NCBI GenBank assembly: GCA_016906335.1
Contig: JADEYG010000012.1
Span: 62,001-126,000 of the forward strand
Direction: 5' to 3'
Length of the DNA stretch: 64,000 nucleotides
Source of the DNA: Novakomyces olei
Lineage: Eukaryota
The stretch's first letter is position 1. Each line of letters opens with the position of its first letter. Positions 39,061 through 53,243 of this stretch are shown piece by piece. The notes under the pieces are model-generated. The model saw nothing but the letters and a program-made list of their open reading frames with translations, was not told the origin of the DNA and ran no database searches. Position numbers and translations under genes: made by a program.

Positions 39061-42000
39061 ATGAAATGGGAGCTTGACAGGTCGGGCCTCGAAAAATTCA
39101 CGGCGCGAGAGCAGCCAAAGATAGTGCTTAGTCAACTTGCTAAAGCAAAACGGTTTCTGGAAGCCAATCCGGAGACTGAGGCGCCGACAATATGGCAGGA
39201 CATTGTACGGCCAGCATTGGAGCTAGCTCAGGTCGCACCTTTACCGTACACAACTGTCAATACGCGCATGCTAGCGCAAGTGATCAATATAGTGATTTCT
39301 AAAAGTAAGATTTATATGCTGCTCTGATTAGTTACTAAATTTGCTCTCAAGATGATTCTAAAGTGTCCACCGATTTGCTGTCGAGCATCGTCGATGCGCT
39401 CAAAGCTGGTATAAAGGATCAAAACGCGAGGATAGTAGTGTTTAAAGTGCTAAACAATTCAATCGCTGCTGCACAGAGACCGGAGCTTGTCGCCCTATAT
39501 TCCTTGGACATTGCCACGTTTTGCCTCAAACAGACAAAGCACAAGCTCACTCAATCGACCACCAAAACACTCTTCGGACTTCGTGTAGAGGCATTCATTC
39601 TAATGAAATATATTGTGGATCTGCGGTTAAATACTCCCGAAAACTTTGCAAAGGAGTTGTGGAGAGCAATGAAGTCCAGTCTTAGCTCTAAAGCAAGCCT
39701 AGAGCAATTATCGGCTTTGAGATGCCTTTCTTCTTTCATTGGGGCCCCTCAAATGGCTTTGGTGACTGACGTGGAAAGCTTGGTCTCACTGCTAGCACGG
39801 CATATCCCAACTTTTGGGAGAAAATGCTGTGATTCCGCTGCGGAATGCCTGGGTGTCCTTGTTTATTGCCATGCTTCAAAAACCAAGGAAAATCATGAGA
39901 CTCGTACATCATTGGAAAACTCTATTGGACAATTTCCGATTCATTCGGCTCAGTTCTTTGCCGATGCTCTCTCTATCATTACTGACTTATTGTTAAAATA
40001 TCCAGGTGTACAAAACTTTCATCTTGTTTGTTTCAAGGCCTACCAAGATGCGCTGGGGCTCATGCCTTCGCGTATAATCATTTCACAAACGCATCCTATC
40101 ATTAATCATTTCTTGCAAGTCCTTTCTTCCCCCGTAATCGATGGAAAAGCCTGGCTGAAGCGTAGAATTCGGTCAAACATGAAGCTGGTGTTGGAACAAA
40201 GTCTCAATTTATCCCTAAACGAGCCAACGGAAATTAGTACAATCAAATGCATTTGTGAAGATCTGCTCTCTGTTCAAAACGTGCGCTCACATTTGAGGCC
40301 TAATGCGGTGGCATTATGTTTTTTTGAAGCTTCTACTCTCGTTTTGCGAGTACAAGATGCTCTCTTACCGATAAAGGTGAGTTATACATGACTTTTTTAA
40401 GATTTTTGTATAATTTTATCATATTGCTTTCATTGATTTCTTTCTAGATTGAAATCTTGCGATAAGTTTAATTCATTTTATTCTAGTCTTGTTTGTGTCT
40501 AACTGATAAGGACATTATCGAACGCTGTATTTTGCGATGGCTGGACGAAGGTGACGAAGTGATAAACACGCATTGCGCTGTTTTCTCGTGGCATTACACG
40601 TTTGTGGTGCCATCGACGATACCATCTTTGTTTAGTCAATTTATGAACAAGGCGGAAAAGTTTTACAAAGGATTTGAGGTAGAGAAAAAAATTAAAAATT
40701 AAATTTTATGCTAACAACGACTCGTTTAGACTGCTGTTGATAAAAAAGTCGTGAACAGGCTGTTTTCCTATGCATATGCTCTTGCGGGCCTGACCCGTGT
40801 ATCTTGGCAGAAGCCTTTGTATACATCTCCAGAAAATTTTACCAAAGTTTTCGATTATGCGACTCGTATATTAGAGTTTAGCAAAAGTCGTGATACAATA
40901 TTGTCCAGTCGGCTCTCAGAAGTCGCGTGGTGTTTGCTTTCTTCGCTTATGGTCAGCGAAGACGTTGTGCGCCTTAATCTCGCGGAGTTTTTCGTTTTGT
41001 GGAAGAATGCAATTCCGAAGGAAGTTACAAGCATGCAGCATGAAGATCCGGTCGTACTAAACTCACGAATTGCTTCGCATAATCAGTGTCTGCATTCTAT
41101 ATACTCCTTCCTTGTACACTGTCCAAAACTCGCTACGTCTGATGTGGAACTGAGACTCATGTCTGTTGTATCATCCAACATGCTATTCTTAAAGGCAGTT
41201 CCCAGTCAAATAATGGCCGACAGTTCTCAACAACAACAGTCAGTAAAGAATGAACGTCTTGATCTGCATCAAACATGCGAGGCATTAACCTACCTTTGCT
41301 ATTCTCTTATGGCAAATCACTTGGGACACGAGATTCTGGGCAGCGATTTACTTTCGCTCTCAGTTTCACGCTTTGCCGACCCTCTTGTTATAGGCAGACA
41401 AAATTCTTCTGCAACTACGGGGATGGGGGATTTATGGAATACAACTGATAATTATGCTTATGGTCTTTCACATATCGCAGAGTATGAGCGCACTAATTTC
41501 ATGTCACTTACATTATCTTCGGGAATATCTTTTTCCACAAAATACGGGAGCTTTGTGCCCCGATCTGATGATATTGAATCACGATCACCTTTTGCCTTTG
41601 ATATTGAGGACGATCGAATGGGCGCGCTCAATATGCCTCTTGCCAGCCTTTACAATTATCGTGGGGTTTCTTTGCCGGCCACTAAATTAGTGGACTCTTC
41701 TATCATTCTGTTTGGTACTTTATTACCTCTGCAGCCTATCAAGGTTCAAGAAAGCATACTGGACGAAATGAGTACTTTTCTGGAGCCACGTCAAACATCG
41801 CTATCTGCTCCACGTATATTGGCTTCTAAGATTAATATTGCTATTGCTCTTTCGATTTATGTCAAGACTTTGTTGGCGGTTGAATCGATTTCGGAAAAGA
41901 TCTCCAGCTTTCGTAGATGCATTGCTATGGTCAATTCTTTCTTGAGGGTAAGAAGAGAAAAAAATAAAAAAATTAACTTTAAAATAAATAGAAGATAATA

Positions 42001-45000
42001 AAATTAGAAAGAAAAACAAAACAAGAGAATTGAAAAATAAAAATAAAAATGGAAGTACTAACAATAATTTGAAAATGTTAAATGTGAAAATTGAAAATCA
42101 AAATTCTATATACAACACCAGCATATTGGCCGTCAAAAATAATACAAAAAGAAAAATTACCGTACCCCAGCATTACTAACAATTTTATAGGAATTTGCTG
42201 CGGATACTGATCCCGTGCTAGCGCATATCGCCGGTGACAGCCTTGCAATGTTGTGCAAGCATGCGTCAATGAATGAACTGGCGCAGGATACGGAGTACTT
42301 CATACAAAAAATTGTTAAAAATACAAATCCCGAGTTAAGGGCTAATTGTATAAAAACTCTGGCTTGGGTGCAAGCTTCGAAAGGCAGAGCCACGTCTTTG
42401 AGAAATTTGAGCAATGTTTCCAACGTCGTTTTGACGCTTTTGCAAGATGCGCATCCCCTCGTTCATGGTACATCGCTGCAAAGTCTTGCTTATCTTATTG
42501 AGCAATGTGGTCTCTATGACGCGAAAAAGGTTATTGATTCAATCTTGATGTTTGCGTGTTCCAAAGAGAAGGATCTTTCCTTAACAATGAGAAACTTTTC
42601 AAACTTGGGACTGGAAGTCCCCGTTGATTACTATATCGGCGTTGTACTGGAAGCTTTTGTGATCTCAGTTGGTCCGGAATTGACTTTAAAGCCTGAATTT
42701 GTCAGCGACTGCTGGATTCTGATAAACGTTCTTTTAATGCATCGATCTGCTTTAGTATACTCTCAAGCCTGGACGTGTCTTCGTCAGTTTCTGCTGTTTG
42801 TGAAAGTACCCGGCGAGGCTGAAAAGTCGGTAAAAACACTGTATGAAGTTATTACGCATCGTAGTGCGCGGGTGCGGTTATCCTCTTTGGACGCTTTGTA
42901 CCAGATTGTTAGATTGTTCCCGGACACAATGCAAATAATACTAAAGCAAGATCGAGGTTTCCGGCTCTGGTTGACTGTTGATCAAGATTCTGCTAATGGA
43001 GCGGTACGTGGCCTTTTGGACTTGTGGTACGCCTTTGTGAGCAGACTGAGTCCTGCTCTTGCCTTTGAGTATCTGTATAGAATTGCCTCAAACACAAGAG
43101 ACTCGTCCGGTAAACGTAAGCAGTTGCAGACGGAAGCCATAGACAATTTGGACGAGGAAGCCATGTCGATTGCCACAGACGCAAATCTGGATGAGGACAT
43201 TTCGCTGGTCGTTTTTCGCTGGCAATCAAAGTTACTTGCCCTGCAGTACATTCATAAACTCGTTTCGCTTTCCGATCCAGCGGATTCCAAGGACAGTATC
43301 ACAAAGATCTTGATGCAAAGATTACAAGACTTGATCTCTTTAACGTTTACAGCCTCAACCAGCGAAATTGTAGATTTTGGACTGGAAGGATTGAAGCTTT
43401 TGCGCTTGATACTCCGAAAATATGCAGCTGTTCCAGATCCACATTTCCAAGAATTGTCTATACTGGAACAGCATCAGGCTCAGATTGTTAGTGCACTGAC
43501 TCCAGGGTTTTCCAAGTCTGCTTCGCCCGAGCTTGCTACTTTTGCCGTCGAATTAGCGGCAGATTTTGTAGCAAGTTCTGTGGTCCCTGATCTGGGCAAA
43601 ATGGCTCGAGTCATTAGACTCCTGACTGGATCTCTTGACGAGCTTACGAATCCTTTGACTTTGAATGGAGCCGGTGCAGGAGCCGGGACGGGAACTGAAA
43701 ATGTTCAAGGTATCTTGAAGATCGCAGTACTTTCTTCATGGGCGAAATTGCAAACAAGCTCCCTTGTCCAAGCTTATCTGACCGACATTTGCAAGCCTCA
43801 TCAATTGAAACTTGCTTCTCTCTGGCTGAGCTGTTTAAGGTCTTTTGCCAGGTTAAAGTTTCTACCAATGGCAGCAACAGAGCTCGATATAGCCTCAGGC
43901 CGGGTCTCCTTAATTGCGAGGTCAGTTCTTCTGGGCAAACATGAAGAGACCTGGATTTCTATGGTCAATGCAATTGCGAGTTTATTGCAGAACAACAATC
44001 AGCTAGTTATTGAAGCTCTGAATTCAACGCGAAACACAAACAATCCCGCTATTTGTTCAACTGCATATGCAATAGCATCCAGTGTGTCTGTACCTTCTAA
44101 TCCAGAGGAGAACGAGTCCGATGGAATAGATTACAGTAACGAGCCAGTGGCATTTTTCTTCATTTTATTTGGACTTTGCCTACAGAGCCTCGTTCTTTCG
44201 ACGGACCGTATGGTATACAACGAGTCTCTGGCACCAAAGCTTGAAGTGTTAACGGCAATGGACCGGTTCTTACAACCTGAAATTTGCAGGAATATTGTTT
44301 ATGACGAAGAAATATTTGCAGAATTAACGCAGATACTTTCTCGTCTGGTGCTTACAGAGGGATGGGCAGTACGTGCGAAAATAACACAAATTGTTTACAA
44401 TTTAGCCAGAGCTCATCCAGCGGCAAAAGAGCTGTCGCTCAATTCTGAGATTGATTTAACACATTTTGGTGATTTGTCATCCGTAGTTGATCAGCTTTTT
44501 GAGCTCTCTCGGATCGTTACAATGGCCCTGCTGTATTGGGAGCCGGTTATTGAAAAAATGGGGCTCGATGATAAAGCCGGTGAGACTATAAAGCAGGGGC
44601 TCTATACTTTTATTGAGATTGCCAAAATATTCCCTGTTGTTATTCGTAAGGATCTGTACAGGGCTGCCTTTTTCATTATTAAGCATTATTTAACGGGTCC
44701 ATCAACGGGTAAAAGGGTTGGCGTTTATGTTTTACCAAGTGTAAAACAACTGTGCAGTGCTAGCCTAGATCAGTTTGGACCTAAGGGGGCCATGGACATT
44801 ATAAGAGATGCGCTTGATACATTTTCAAGTATGATCAGCAGCAGCCAGGTGGAAACACGTCAAAAAGAAAATAGCCTGGACGAGGGCCAGCATGATCAAG
44901 AGTCTATTAGCAGCGGCGATAGTCTGGACCGAGACCAAAGTGCGAGTGCAATTTTGGCAGGAACAATCATTATAACAACAGCCGGCTCCGTTTTCCCCGA

Positions 45001-45610
45001 ACACGATCCTCCTGTTATCAGATTTGCCTCGCATCTGATACGATCGTTTGGTGTGAAATCCACTACTGTCATTTCTCTGCAGTGTATAAAATCAGTATTG
45101 TCCTGTGGCAGTGGCAGTTCACCTGCGTGGATTAAAGGCCCTATTTTAAGGGACATTATCCGGTTTACCGTGGATTTTGTACAGGCTCGTAGGCAAAAGG
45201 GCGGGGAGGCACAACTGGCAGAGGATATGCTGTACAGATTATGCCAGCTTTTATCGTTTCAGGCGGCAGCCAGTACAACGGACTCCTTTTCTGCCACAGG
45301 GAGAGAAGCCATGATGGCCCTTTGTATCCCCTTGTTTGTTGTATCGTACAAAGTGTTAGAGTTGGAATCGCACAGGCAGGCTTTAAAGGAAGCTCTATTG
45401 ATACTGGCCACAGAGGACAGTGAGATGTTTCGTCAAAAGGCGAACGCTCTTCCAAAGAGCTTGAATGACGGGCTGCGAGAAATTTTTGCCGCTCAAGAGA
45501 GACAGTCGACGGACGAGATTCAACTGCCTGTATCTAGCGTGAACAAAACAGAGGAAACAATTGCTCTAAGAACAAGTTTTGAGGATGCAATGGGCACAGA
45601 GTCCTCATAA
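39061..45610 (+). CDS. LAA1: HEATR5-family AP-1 accessory protein (Laa1/Sip1), 5 exons; start may be 38824
   Basis: About 2000 aa of helical repeats with QPIKVQESIL, DAHPLVH, RWQ, DLI.L.FTAST, PDPHF.E..ILEQHQAQI.SALTP.F....SPEL; introns near 39305, 40377, 40679 and 41949. Confidence 0.85.
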
Positions 45611-45912
45611 AGGGGCTGCGTTTACTGCGTCGCCGTTGTAGCGATACCGGGATGATTAATATATACATTCAATTGTGGAATATGGGCAAAAGACGGTAAT
45701 TGCAGCGAGAAATGCAGAGTCATTTCAATGATATCTAGTCATTTGAGGAGTGAAAAACATGGAGCATAAATCACTGTAGAGCTAATCAACAATGAATGAA
45801 TGAATAATTGCTAGAGATCGACGCTGTCCATCTACAAACGGGATTCAAAAAACAATATAACAGCAAATCTAATATATTAATGTATTGCTTGTACTTTACA
45901 TAAAATTCGAAT

Positions 45913-46650
45913 CTAGAGTCCTGCCAATTGCACGAAATTCAGTTGTGTTTGTATAGCTGCAGGGTCCAACACGGATTTCTGTACCACTACATCGGCCTTG
46001 TAAGCAGAAGCAAAATTTGGCAGCAAGCAAGCGCCTGCACGTGCCACACTGGCATCAGCCACTCCTTCGCGTACTAGACTCGTACTCACTTTGCCCCGAC
46101 TACCGAGACCGCAAAAGTCGATACTGTCGAAAAACTGGAGATCCGGGTCAATATTCAGGGATACACCAGAGAGCGCAATCCCGCGGCTAACGTGGACGCC
46201 AATGGCTCCAATCTTTCGATCCTCCCCGATCCATAGTCCCGGGTTATGTGTCGTATTAGTAGCGAGTCCCATGTCCGAGCACGTGGCCTGCAAGACGCGT
46301 TCCATACGGTGCACGTGGCATCGCGGAGTTAGTTTTGAAGCCTTTAGATCAAGAATCGCGTAAGCAACTAATTGACCAGGTCCATGGTACGTAGTCAGTC
46401 CGCCGCGGGCACTATGGACCCATTTAGCCACGTCGTTTTGCGGCTCCAGCTGCTTTTGCCGCCGGCCCATAGAGTACACGTGATCCATCTCCATGAGCCA
46501 GAGGAACCCTGTTTCTGGGCTCCTCTCGTGCTGCTTTTGCCTCTGTGAAAGAAGCCATTGTGCTGCAATACTTTGAGCCACATCAACACGCTCAAAGTCT
46601 ACCAGGCACTGGCGCTGGCGGCCGAGCCAGTACGCCAAAACACGCGACAT
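45913..46650 (-). CDS. LIP2: Lipoyl(octanoyl) transferase LipB
   Basis: VYSMGRR, RGGLTTYHGPGQLVAYAILDL, RKIGAIGVHV, G.SLN, I..CGL. Confidence 0.92.
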   Translation of the reverse strand: MSRVLAYWLGRQRQCLVDFERVDVAQSIAAQWLLSQRQKQHERSPETGFLWLMEMDHVYSMGRRQKQLEPQNDVAKWVHSARGGLTTYHGPGQLVAYAILDLKASKLTPRCHVHRMERVLQATCSDMGLATNTTHNPGLWIGEDRKIGAIGVHVSRGIALSGVSLNIDPDLQFFDSIDFCGLGSRGKVSTSLVREGVADASVARAGACLLPNFASAYKADVVVQKSVLDPAAIQTQLNFVQLAGL

Positions 46651-46899
46651 TAGCCATGGAACTGACTAGTTGGATGGCACTCTTTCCTCTATTGATCCAA
46701 TATTGTTCAATAATTTTTTATCAGCTTGGCCATATATACATTATCGTACATTAACAGTGCATTGATACATGAGCCGTACATTAATCGTAGACTAATTAGT
46801 ACATTAATCAGCAAGGTATATCAAAGACGCATAATGTTGTAGTTATTGTGATGCTCCTATACATCGAAATTCGATTATAATCGCAAAGCTGACTTTACA

Positions 46900-47525
<626 letters not shown>

Positions 47526-47928
47526 TAGAATCTGGGTTGGGGCCGAGTGAGTTGACTCCTGTGCTTTTACCTTTTCCACGTTCTTGGGTTTAAACCGTTC
47601 CATGTCAAAGAAGGGCCAAATATCAAAGAAACGTTCAGCCATGCAATCCTCTGACAAAATGCATGGACAAGCTACAAACTAGTAAAATTTCTACAAACTA
47701 GTAAAACTTGAGTGTACGCTCAGTTTGCCTATTGAACGAGCCAATAATCAACAAAAAATAGGCAATCATCTAGAGCATTATAACATCAGGCAGGCACCCT
47801 TTTCTCCTCCTCCAATATTTTACAAATAATCATAGGAATGCACAGCCGGCTCGCTTGTTTATATTTTTCTGTCTCAGTGACGTTCAATCCTTAGATAGAT
47901 CCAATCGCTTTACGGTTTTGCTCTCCCT

Positions 47929-48971
47929 TTAATCTCTTCCATCTGGAAAAGAGCCCAAAATACTGATAATCATACCTAGTCCACGTATGTGGTTCAGCAC
48001 TGGCTGTAGATCAGAGGCATGAGCAGCGCACTCGAGGAAAAAGACATAACGCCAAGCTTCGCGGGCGGGATCAGGCCGGGAAACCAAATTTGTTAAATTG
48101 ATGTCATTAGCCTTGAAAGCAAAAAGGGCGTCAGTCAAGGCTCCAGGAGCATCGTTTTGCATTTCTATTCGTACCAAAGTACGATCACGGCCTGACTTTG
48201 GAGCATAATTGTGTGATAGAACCAAAAACCGCGTGCAGTTACCTTCTTTATTCTCAATACCTTTTGCTATTAAGGGCACATGGTAAAGCGGTTCGCAAAT
48301 TTCACTGCTAATTGCAAGTGCATTAGCATCGTGATTCGCCATTTCAGCAGCCCTTGAAGTCGATCCTACAGGGATTCGCTCTGCTTGCGGAACGTTAGCG
48401 TCAAGCCAAACGTCGCACTGGCCAAAAGCCTGTTTGCGTAAGCAAGCAATGAACATTGAATATAATACGCAAAAAAAAAAAACAAAACAAAAAGCAATCG
48501 ACAGAGTCAATGATTAAATAGGTAAAACTGAACCAGATTCGAATCATTTTGAACACAAGCACGAAACTGCATTATACAATATCGGCCAGTAACATACTTG
48601 TGGGTGAGAGTAGACTCGCTGTACTTTTGCCAATTCTGAGCACCTGCTCAAAGCACATGGCCGTACTTTGACGTAACATTCAGCACAGGCAACGAGATCT
48701 TTCTCGCCGCGTAAAAGATCAAATGCTCCTACTACGGCTCCATTTGTTGAATTCTCTATTGGTAAAAGACCATACTGTGCGCTCCCGGAGCGCACGGATT
48801 CAAAGACATCTGTACGGTAAATTTACTGACTTTATTCAAACATTCAATTAATTATTTACCTTGGAAACGAGTGCACGGAAGCAATTTTGCTGCTGCATAC
48901 CCTTGCAGACCTGCCTCGTGCGAAAAACTGCCAGCCGGGCCCAAGTAAGCCAGCGTGTCGCCGTGCTCCAT
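47929..48971 (-). CDS. PHA2: Prephenate dehydratase, 3 exons
   Basis: AYLGPAGSFSHEA, PIENSTNG, YSHPQAFGQC, N.TRFLVL, ACT domain PGAL..AL..F....INL....SRP, LGSFP. Confidence 0.92.
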
Positions 48972-49488
48972 CAAGATGCGTCTCCTTGAGCTGCCATAAG
49001 TCAAATGCCCTTTTTCAAATAAATTTATTGTGCGACTAGCAGATGGTGACACAATACATTTTGTCGTAGATTTAAAGTACTATGGGCCAAACATTTAAGA
49101 CAATATGGTCATACACAACGTTTAAGGCATGGCTTAATTAGGGTTTAGTAGGGTTTAGTAGGGCTTATTGAAGCCTATCAATATTTCATCCTATGAGTAG
49201 AGAGTCTGAAGGCATAGGACAAGGAGAGACGGCAAGAAGATTCCAGCAAGTATTCTTAATTCAATCTGTATGTTTGATTCTATTTTAATGCGATACTAAA
49301 GCGTGGCAGTTTTACGACAGTTTTATTAGTGGATTTTTGCGAATAAACATGTTTTTAAACGCAAACACAAAGAAGGGTATTATTACTTTTACGATTGAGA
49401 CAGTCCAATCTAAATAAATTTCATACACTATAATTATCGTCTTTCAAGTAGAGCACAATCAACGCTTCCACAAAAAATTTAAGGCGCA

Positions 49489-50857
49489 ATGTCGTCGGTA
49501 GACGTGCAGAATGAAGAGGCAAACATCGAAATGTGGAAGGTCCGGCGCCTCATTAAAAAGCTGGAGTCCTGTCGAGGGTAAGTGCACATCCTTTACCGCA
49601 CATGGGTTCTAAATAATTTTCCTATACAGAGCAGGCACTTCCATGATTTCACTGATCATTCCGCCCAAGGGACAGATCGCCCAGACTAACAAGCTGCTGG
49701 CTGAAGAATTTGGCACTGCTTCCAATATCAAGTCGCGTGTGAATCGGCAGTCTGTTTTGGGTGCGATCACATCGACGCGTGAGCGGCTCAAGCTGTACAA
49801 TAAAGTGCCTCCGAATGGTCTAGTTATTTATTGTGGTGAAATCATGACGGAAGATGGGAAAGAGCGTAAAATCAATATTGATTTTGAGCCTTTTAAGCCT
49901 GTCAATACTTCGCTGTACTTTTGCGGAAGCAAGTTCGATACTGATGCCCTGTCAGAGCTGCTAGAGAGCGATAATAAGTTTGGCTTTATTATTATGGACG
50001 GTCACGGGGCTCTTTTTGGTACGGTTTCAGGTAGCACACGCGAAGTTCTACACAAACTGCAAGTAGATCTTCCAAAGAAGCACGGCCGTGGTGGTCAGTC
50101 TGCCCTTCGTTTTGCCCGTCTTCGCGATGAGAAACGTCACAATTATGTGCGCAAGATTGCCGAGTTGGCAGTACAGTTTTTCATTACAGATGACAAGATC
50201 AACGTTGTGGGTCTTGTACTTGCCGGTTCAGCCGATTTCAAGACAGAGTTGAGTCAGAGTGACATGTTTGATCCCCGCTTACAGGCTAAAATTGTAAAAA
50301 TCGTCGATGTTTCTTATGGAGGCGAACTCGGGTTTAACCAGGCTATTGATCTCGCTGCTGATGCCTTGCAAAACGTAAAATTTGTTCAGGAAAAGCGTAT
50401 CCTGCAACGCTACTTTGAAGAGTGTGCACGCGACAGCGGTAAGGCGGTATACGGAGTGGAGAATACGTTATTAGCTCTGGCGGAGGGAGCTCTTGAAGTT
50501 CTTATCTGCTTTTCCGAGCTTGAAGTCACTCGCTGGACGCTCAAGAACTCGGCTGGCGAAGAGGTTATTATCCATACTACTAAAGAAGAGGAAGAAAAGG
50601 GCCGTGAAAAGTTTTTAGACCGGGAAACGGGCCAAGAAATGGAGTCGGTTGCAGAGCCCGTGCCTTTACTTGAATGGCTTACAGAAAATATCAAGAATTA
50701 TGGTACTTATTTAGAATTTGTTTCTGACAAGTCACAAGAAGGCAGCCAATTTGTAAATGGGTTCGGAGGGTTTGGCGGCATCATGCGGTACACGCTTGAT
50801 TTGGACGCGATTGCGCCCAACAGCGAAGACGAGTACTATGATGACGATGACGAGTAG
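49489..50857 (+). CDS. SUP45: Eukaryotic release factor 1, 2 exons
   Basis: [27 protein letters not shown]; intron 49578-49629. Confidence 0.97.
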
Positions 50858-51033
50858 AAATATTGACATGTATTTGCAATATGTCATTTATCTTTAAAAT
50901 AATTTATTATATGCTATATAATACACAATTTTGGACTTTAATTTCGTCAAGACTCATTAGAAGCTTTTGTGAGCTGTAACCATAACGAATATACATAATG
51001 AATGGTAGAAAGAAAAAAACAGAATATGAGCGC

Positions 51034-51479
51034 CTAAGCTTTGTTTCCAGTTGAGGCCGGTTCCCTTGAACCTTTTTCGATTGTACTCATATGTGTAACC
51101 CAGGCTAAGCAGACAACGGTCAGATGGTAAAGGGGTAAGACACTAGTATTCAACTTACCGGGATCATTTGAGTTCATGCGCTCCTTCAAATGAGCAATCA
51201 AATTTTCGTTCCTGTCAGACCGCTTTCGCTTTTCACGCTCGTACTGTTCCCGCAACGGTGGTGAGAGCCTCTTTGCAATATTAGCCTTTGCTAGTGGCCA
51301 CAATATACTACCTCAATCATCTGTTCGTCTGTCGGTACTGTGAGTTTCATCAGCCCATAGCCAAAGGCCACAATAACGCCTGACCTGAACAGTGTTAGCA
51401 GGCTTCATGAAAGAATAGAGACGTACCAGAAAAATGCACGGCCGAGATGAAGCCGTCTACTCGGTATCCCTGACGACAT
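51034..51479 (-). CDS. CBP4: Cytochrome b assembly factor Cbp4, 4 exons
   Basis: Spliced ...GYGLMKLTVPTDEQMIE|RLSPPLREQYERE...NSNDP|AW; three GT-AG introns. Confidence 0.78.
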
Positions 51480-52079
51480 GTTGAACGCTGTAAATATCGT
51501 ATAATGGAAAGATTAATTATTATTGGAGACTCTGCCATTTGCCTGCGCGAACCACATAGTAATAACTTAATGCGTTTTGTATTTACTGGCTAAATAATTA
51601 AATTATTACGTTATTGAAATTAAATAGAATAGTGCGTATAATAACGAAACGGTCCATCGAGCTCACACAAGTGTGAAATGGCGGGGGAAAACGTCAAAAT
51701 TGGATAAGAGTAATGAAAGCGTCTGATGATTACTTCAAGTCTAAATGGTCTCTCTCAGACGGAAAATTGTGTTATTTTCCATAGAGCTAAACTCCCGTCT
51801 TTTTTTCATAGTTTTTTTTTTAATTAGATTTCTTTTTAATAGATCTACTATACTCCTCGAGGAAGAGGTATGATAAACAGAAAGTAAACAGACAAAAAAA
51901 GGATCAATGCCGGTAAGCTTAGACGCGACTACCTATTGGCGTATCTCTATTTGGCCTGCAATGGAAATATATCAATATCAGCGGCATATCAGATTCGATA
52001 GACAAAAGTTCAATAGGGCTCAGCAGGCAATAAATGATATTATAAATTTTTCAAACGACTTTTACTCCATAAACACAGA

Positions 52080-52617
52080 CTAGTCGGCTGTAATGAGCTC
52101 ATTAACAGACCAGTCCTCGTAGGCGCCGTCAGGGAGATACCGTCTGATTAGTAGGGGAATCCGTTTTTGAACAAGTTCTTTTTGTGCGATAACAAGAGGA
52201 TCGCTTTCGCCCTCCAAGTCTACGAGTACGGGCGCATTGAGACTAATTTGAAGCGCACGTGTTCCTAAAATACGAGCCTTCTCGTACTTTGTGAGGTAAG
52301 GGGTAGTCTGCCGCTCTTCTTTTGGAATTTCCCTAGTGCCGTCGCTGCCGCGTACAGCAGCAGCAGCAGCTGCTGCTGCTACATCGCCAGAGAGGATATA
52401 ATCATGTCCCGATGTGTCTGTTCCGTTTATACCATTAACGCCATTTACAGCTGTATCTTTTTCCTCCTCGTCGGCTCCAGGCGGCGGCATAAGCTCGTCC
52501 TCTTCGAAAGCCGGCTCATCAAAACCGTAGCTGCAGTGTTAGACTTACTCTGATCTATAAAATATATTTGTTTGATTCATACTCGTCTCCTCCTTGATCA
52601 TCATCGTCGTAGTCCAT
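52080..52617 (-). CDS. RPB6: RNA polymerase common subunit Rpb6/Rpo26, 2 exons
   Basis: [42 protein letters not shown]...[18 protein letters not shown]. Confidence 0.96.
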
Positions 52618-53243
52618 TTTGCGTGTATTCTTCCAAGAAAAATCGTCTTTTTCTATCGCGAATTATTATTATATTTTATTGTTGTTGCAACTAACGGTAG
52701 AGCCGCCATAATAAGGCTCTGAAAAATTGTGTATTATTTGATTCAATATAAAGTTATTTACGTATAAACAAAACATGAATAATTCAGCAATTTTACTTGT
52801 AGGCATCTGCTCTTCAGGGCTACTAAATTCAGCATCGTGCCAGCGTAGAGCTTGATTCATGAAGAATTGGCTGCAAAAGTATGTTGCTGCAATGAATGTA
52901 TTTGCATACTGCTGCCACAATGGCTTCGTGCAAATATTGTATTCGCTTTTAGTCTTGTTTAAAGACCTTATAGTATTATTAGACTCAACACCATCCATCC
53001 TCATATTGTAGTAGATAAGACAAGACAAGGAAGAGATAGCCAACGATAACAGTAACGATATTCAAAAATGTAGTGTAAAACTTATAGGGCACCCTGGAAC
53101 CAATCTGATTAAAGTGATATACCCGTAATAAACGTATAAAGGGGGTAGCGTACAAGATAACATATAGGATAGAAAAACGAGAAAAAAAAAGTTTCAAGGC
53201 AGCGGGTAAATCAAGCTTTGCCATAGCCAATTTCACAGTTGAA

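Noticed and set aside
49489-50857. Actual genetic-code change (stop reassignment or CUG-Ser/Ala)
   Set aside because: All three stops terminate conserved proteins at expected positions, and CTG occupies conserved Leu sites such as LKLY in eRF1.
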